Source of the DNA: Azolla caroliniana
Lineage: Eukaryota; Plantae; Polypodiophyta
Direction of reading: 5' to 3'
Length of the DNA: 11,314 bases
NCBI GenBank assembly: GCA_043228905.1
Contig: JBHGNT010001166.1
Location: forward strand, 1-11,314
The notes below the pieces were generated by a model. It was not told where the DNA came from and searched no databases. It saw only the letters and a list, made by a program, of their open reading frames with translations. Of the stretch, positions 7,151 to 11,314 are shown one piece after another. A program made the position numbers and the translations under genes. The stretch's first letter is position 1. Each line of letters opens with the position of its first letter.

Positions 7151-10100
7151 TTCAAAGCCCATTACCTCACCGATTGATAAATCTTTTGTAGGTTTCACAT
7201 GTAGCATCAGTCTTCCAACATGTCAATTTGTACATTTTGAAGAACATATAATCTTGTTGTAATGGAAACATTGAAGGTTCCATTTGCTCGATCTCCTCAT
7301 ACTCACAACAAGTTAGTAAGTTGAAGTGTTTTCTTAACCTTAACACGAGGAAAGGAAAGTAATTAGAATTCTTATCTCTCATTGTATGCTCTAAAATTCC
7401 AATACTTCAATCCATTGCTCGATTGTAAAAATTTGAACCTACAACAGTTTTAAACCTCATTAGATGAACAAAACTTTTAGAATATATGCTTTTCTTTTTG
7501 GGATATGATAACGATGTGAAAGTTATTTAACCAACATTGCCATTCCCTTGCAAGGGCTATATCATAGTGAACATATGTCTCGCATTCTAAACTTCTCTCC
7601 ACACTCCGGATACAATTGATCTATTTTTCGCTTTCAGCATTGTCACATCAAGGCTTAACAAAAACCAAACTTGGGGTAGGTTTTTGGTTCAATTTAAATT
7701 TTAAACTTGTGCTTTAGATTCACTTTTATTAAAAGTTGAACCTAAAGCCGTCAATTTACTTTTGAGGGACATTAAAACTATAGATTGAATTGTCTCATTG
7801 AAGCATTGATAGTCGGAATTCCATTTCTCAAGGTTTACTCGTGTAAAGTAAATTTTTAGGATTGTGATTAAAATATTTTTCAACTTGATTTTGCATAACA
7901 TGTTAATTCAACAAAAAGAAGGTTTTTCAAATGTTTTTCTTTCCCATGGACTCAAGGATGTGTTATGAAGAAGCGTGCATAGACTAAGTAGAGAAAGGAT
8001 TGTATTAAGAAATTATACCTAAAGCAATTTTGAGATAGAACTTGAACATACAAGATATTAGAGAATATCAATGTGGTAAAGTTTCAGCTCTGCAGTAAGA
8101 TTATACTGCAAATATGGGAAAATTTTGAAATATTAAATTTCCATCAACTTGATTGTAATCGATTTCCATTTACGATCAGATGTATAGGATTGCATATTAT
8201 AGTGAAACATGAAATAAATTCGAAAAACTTTTATCTAGATGACGTTAAATGAGGATCCTGCTGGCAAGCTTTTGAGGCGTCTCTTCCACTTTCTTCGTCA
8301 TTTCTATCGCTTCTGTGATAGTATTTTGCATTTGCTACATAAGCATATGTTACAATACATAAAAGTGTGTCAAAAGGACACCATCATCTAAAGTATAAAA
8401 GATTCTAACATTAGCCTACCTTCATAAATAGACTAACCGAGTCACAAATCTATAATTTGTTAAGAATGTATATGATGAAATAGAGATTTGATGGAATACA
8501 ATTTGCGAAAGTCGACGAAAGCCTAATTTGAGCCGATCGATATGCCATTTTCTTGTAGGTGATAAACAATAGGGCATCTTCTAGATCATATAAACATCAA
8601 TAGAAATATGATTTTACCAAAACATTTTACAAGATTTCGTGCTAATGGATGGAAATACCTTTAATTTCCCTCAATTCCATGAGGAAAATGATCATAATAA
8701 TCACATTAATGCAAGTTACCTCGATTAACAAGTTGAGAGATTTAAACGATGACCTCGATTGAACTGACAATTTATGGACAACGTGCACAAACTATTTTAA
8801 AGGGCCGGCTCTTGTAACATTTTAGTGACTACAACGTGGTCTTGTAATTGAGTATTATATTATTGATTCTAAATGTACATCAAAACTTACAATTGTACAT
8901 TGTGATAAAGCTATAACATTGCTACAACATGTGTACAAATGCTTCAAATAGCAAGCTCAAAGTTTGCAAACCTTTTCTTCCTTGGTAGAAGTGTGATTCC
9001 CCTTCAGTTGAGGTGGAAGTTATGATGAACGTGTTCTGGTAACCACATGGATTACTTATTTGGTTTTTATAAACTTTGTAATGGAAAATCATGGACGCTA
9101 AAACCACTTGCAATTGCTTGCATATCTAGTTGAAGAATAATATTTACATGAAACACCTAAAAGTAATCATAAAGAAGTATGCCTTTTATAACTTTACTAA
9201 ATCAAAGTTTATTCCATTTGATAGTTTGATAAGATTAGTTTTGCTTCAAAAACAATGCTTTCTTTTGACATTTTTTCCTTTCTTGTTTACTGGGTGCTAT
9301 CAGTTGAGGAACTAAGAAAGAGATAGTCACATACATGATATTTCGGGACGTTTTCATTACGTTATCTTGCAATCACACTTTGCACTATGCCCCACACCAT
9401 TGGCGAGCCTTTTGAGACATCCCGTCTATCTTTGTGACAATAATGCACATCATAACTTGCCACCATTTTAACCCTTAAGAAACAACAGATCTATTCCTCC
9501 ACTCGAAACCTTGGATAGTTACAAGTAAAACAAATGCTAAGATATGGAGCCCATCCCTATTAATCTCCAAAGAGATTAGAAACAAAACCTAAGCAAGAAA
9601 GTCATTTATATTTCATGTTGTACAATAAATAAGAGACCATCTTTATTTCAAAAATTTATGTAGTGTACAACTTAGTGTTACCTTTTTCTTTGTTGTCATT
9701 ATAAAGTATGCCGAAAGAAGAAAAGTAAACATCGTCTGGATCTTGGAGAAAGTTGTTACGAGTCTTTAAAGTTTGCATCGAGTGTATGACAATGTTACTT
9801 TATGTTGGTTCTTGTGCTCATGGGTATTCGGCATTGTTAGCTCACATTAGCCCACAGGGAAAACATGATGATGTGTTTAATTAGTAATTTATGTTTAATG
9901 TCAATGAGGCCCTATTTAAGTTTATGTTGATAAGACTTACGACGAATCATGGAAACACTTTGTTTCTGAGGCGCTAAACACAATCGGCACGAAAAATGTG
10001 TCATCGATGAACACATATGTTAAAAGCAAAATCTAAAATGGTTTGTCTAAAATTGGAGTAAATAGACCTTATAAGTTGTCACGGTTCATTGATGGATGCA

Positions 10101-10651
10101 AAACCCATAGGGAATCAATGGCATGGTATTTGACCATTGGGTAAGACCGAGAATTGTGGTAATTCCCTTGGATGAACCGATGATCTACGCTACCCCATTA
10201 ATGTTTGTATATGTGCACATGTCTAAGCGTGGGTGCATGCACATCTACAATACTATGACTACGCCTCACATCCACAGCTATATCTATTCATGATATGACT
10301 ATATCAATACGTATAAGTGCCAATCACTAAAGCCATCAGTTCACATCAATCATCCCAATATTTTCAATATTTGGGTAAATATAACTTTTCCTCCACTATG
10401 TTGATATCAACAAACATTCATGAGTGTGTGATGAAAGACGTCTACATTTCCATCCTAACTTTTTCCTTGTTTGGTGGCAATACCCAATCATCTTCCATGT
10501 ACATCGAGAGTTAATCTAAAATGAAAGGTGGCTACATAATTCTGAGTATTGGGATATAGCATAAACACCGGATATGTACTTCATTATATGCAAAGAATCC
10601 ACATCATAATGGTAGATAGTGAATACACATATATGTATAACAGTATATGCA

Positions 10652-10654
<3 letters not shown>

Positions 10655-10682
<28 letters not shown>
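10655..10682. repeat. (CA)14 microsatellite
   Basis: Read directly. Confidence 0.98.
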
Positions 10683-10683
<1 letters not shown>

Positions 10684-11314
10684 TGGAATGCCAAGTTTGA
10701 ATCTTATAAATCAAATAACACAAGGTAGGAGGCAACTCCCTTCATTCAATTTTTTGTTTCATTGTGGAAATGTAGGTTTGAGAGGATATATTTAGTTTAT
10801 TGAGACCATTCTAAGGTATTAAAGGAAGAGATAAGCGTCATACTTGAAATGTGAGTAAAAGGATGCACTTTCTGTCCAATTCCAACAGTTTAGAAGTCAT
10901 TGTTTTCCTTTTCAATCTTTATGCGATACCTTTTGGTTATTGTGAAAGCACATGTCGAAATCATGGGGAGGACCACACATTATGTGGAAGGCTTCTATTG
11001 AAGCAATCCTCTTTGCATTATAAAATGGTCGCGCTAAATTTCATCGTGCTTGTATATTTTAAACCCATTCATATGCACTTTGTACCCACTCTATTTATAT
11101 ATTGATGCTTCCGATCTTAAGGAAATTTTACTTGGCACCAATAAAAAGGTAATCATTCTCCTAGTCATTATGCAAAATGTCAATCATTTCCTAGAGTGGC
11201 CTTTGAAATATCCAACCTATAAAATAGCTCTTTGCGCCATTTTACTAAAGGCTATTCTAAACCATGTAGTTTTATTTTACTGTGCATATTTGCATATGTA
11301 CACCATGCATGTAT

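Noticed and set aside
7545-7556. 12-bp palindrome CCCTTGCAAGGG
   Set aside because: It is isolated, with no TIR/TSD partner or Helitron CTRR end close by, and is plausible by chance.
9040-9400. Faint MuDR/SWIM-like cysteine patterns (KCDCK, NCKWF, NPCG) on the minus strand
   Set aside because: They need arbitrary frame switches and lack the conserved His, too weak to call a Mutator transposase.
6702-11105. Short ORFs in the AT-rich right half as genes
   Set aside because: They are 60-84 aa, mostly with non-ATG starts and compositionally biased, with no recognisable domains.

Overview
Eukaryotic (land-plant-type) repetitive genomic DNA with no intact gene. Bases 1-4251 hold the 5' part of a disabled Ty1/copia LTR retrotransposon on the minus strand, resembling the Tork/Tto1-Tnt1 lineage. 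It comprises a 555-bp 5' LTR (3697-4251), a tRNA-iMet PBS, and gag-protease-integrase-RT-RNase H broken by 6 in-frame stops and 4 frameshifts; it runs off the left edge. This element is inserted into a much older, heavily decayed copia pol relic (about 4252-5870, minus) that the ORF track barely shows. The relic is also interrupted by a 466-bp solo LTR with a perfect CAAAC target-site duplication (4936-5401) and by an 85-bp tailed insertion with a 15-bp duplication (4499-4613). The remaining ~5.4 kb is AT-rich, with microsatellites and a tentative series of minus-strand exon/intron-like blocks that I could not assign to a protein family. I see no convincing novel system. The most unusual signals are the strong CCGG excess in the young element, the three-fold nesting in one RT relic, and the possible spliced relic.
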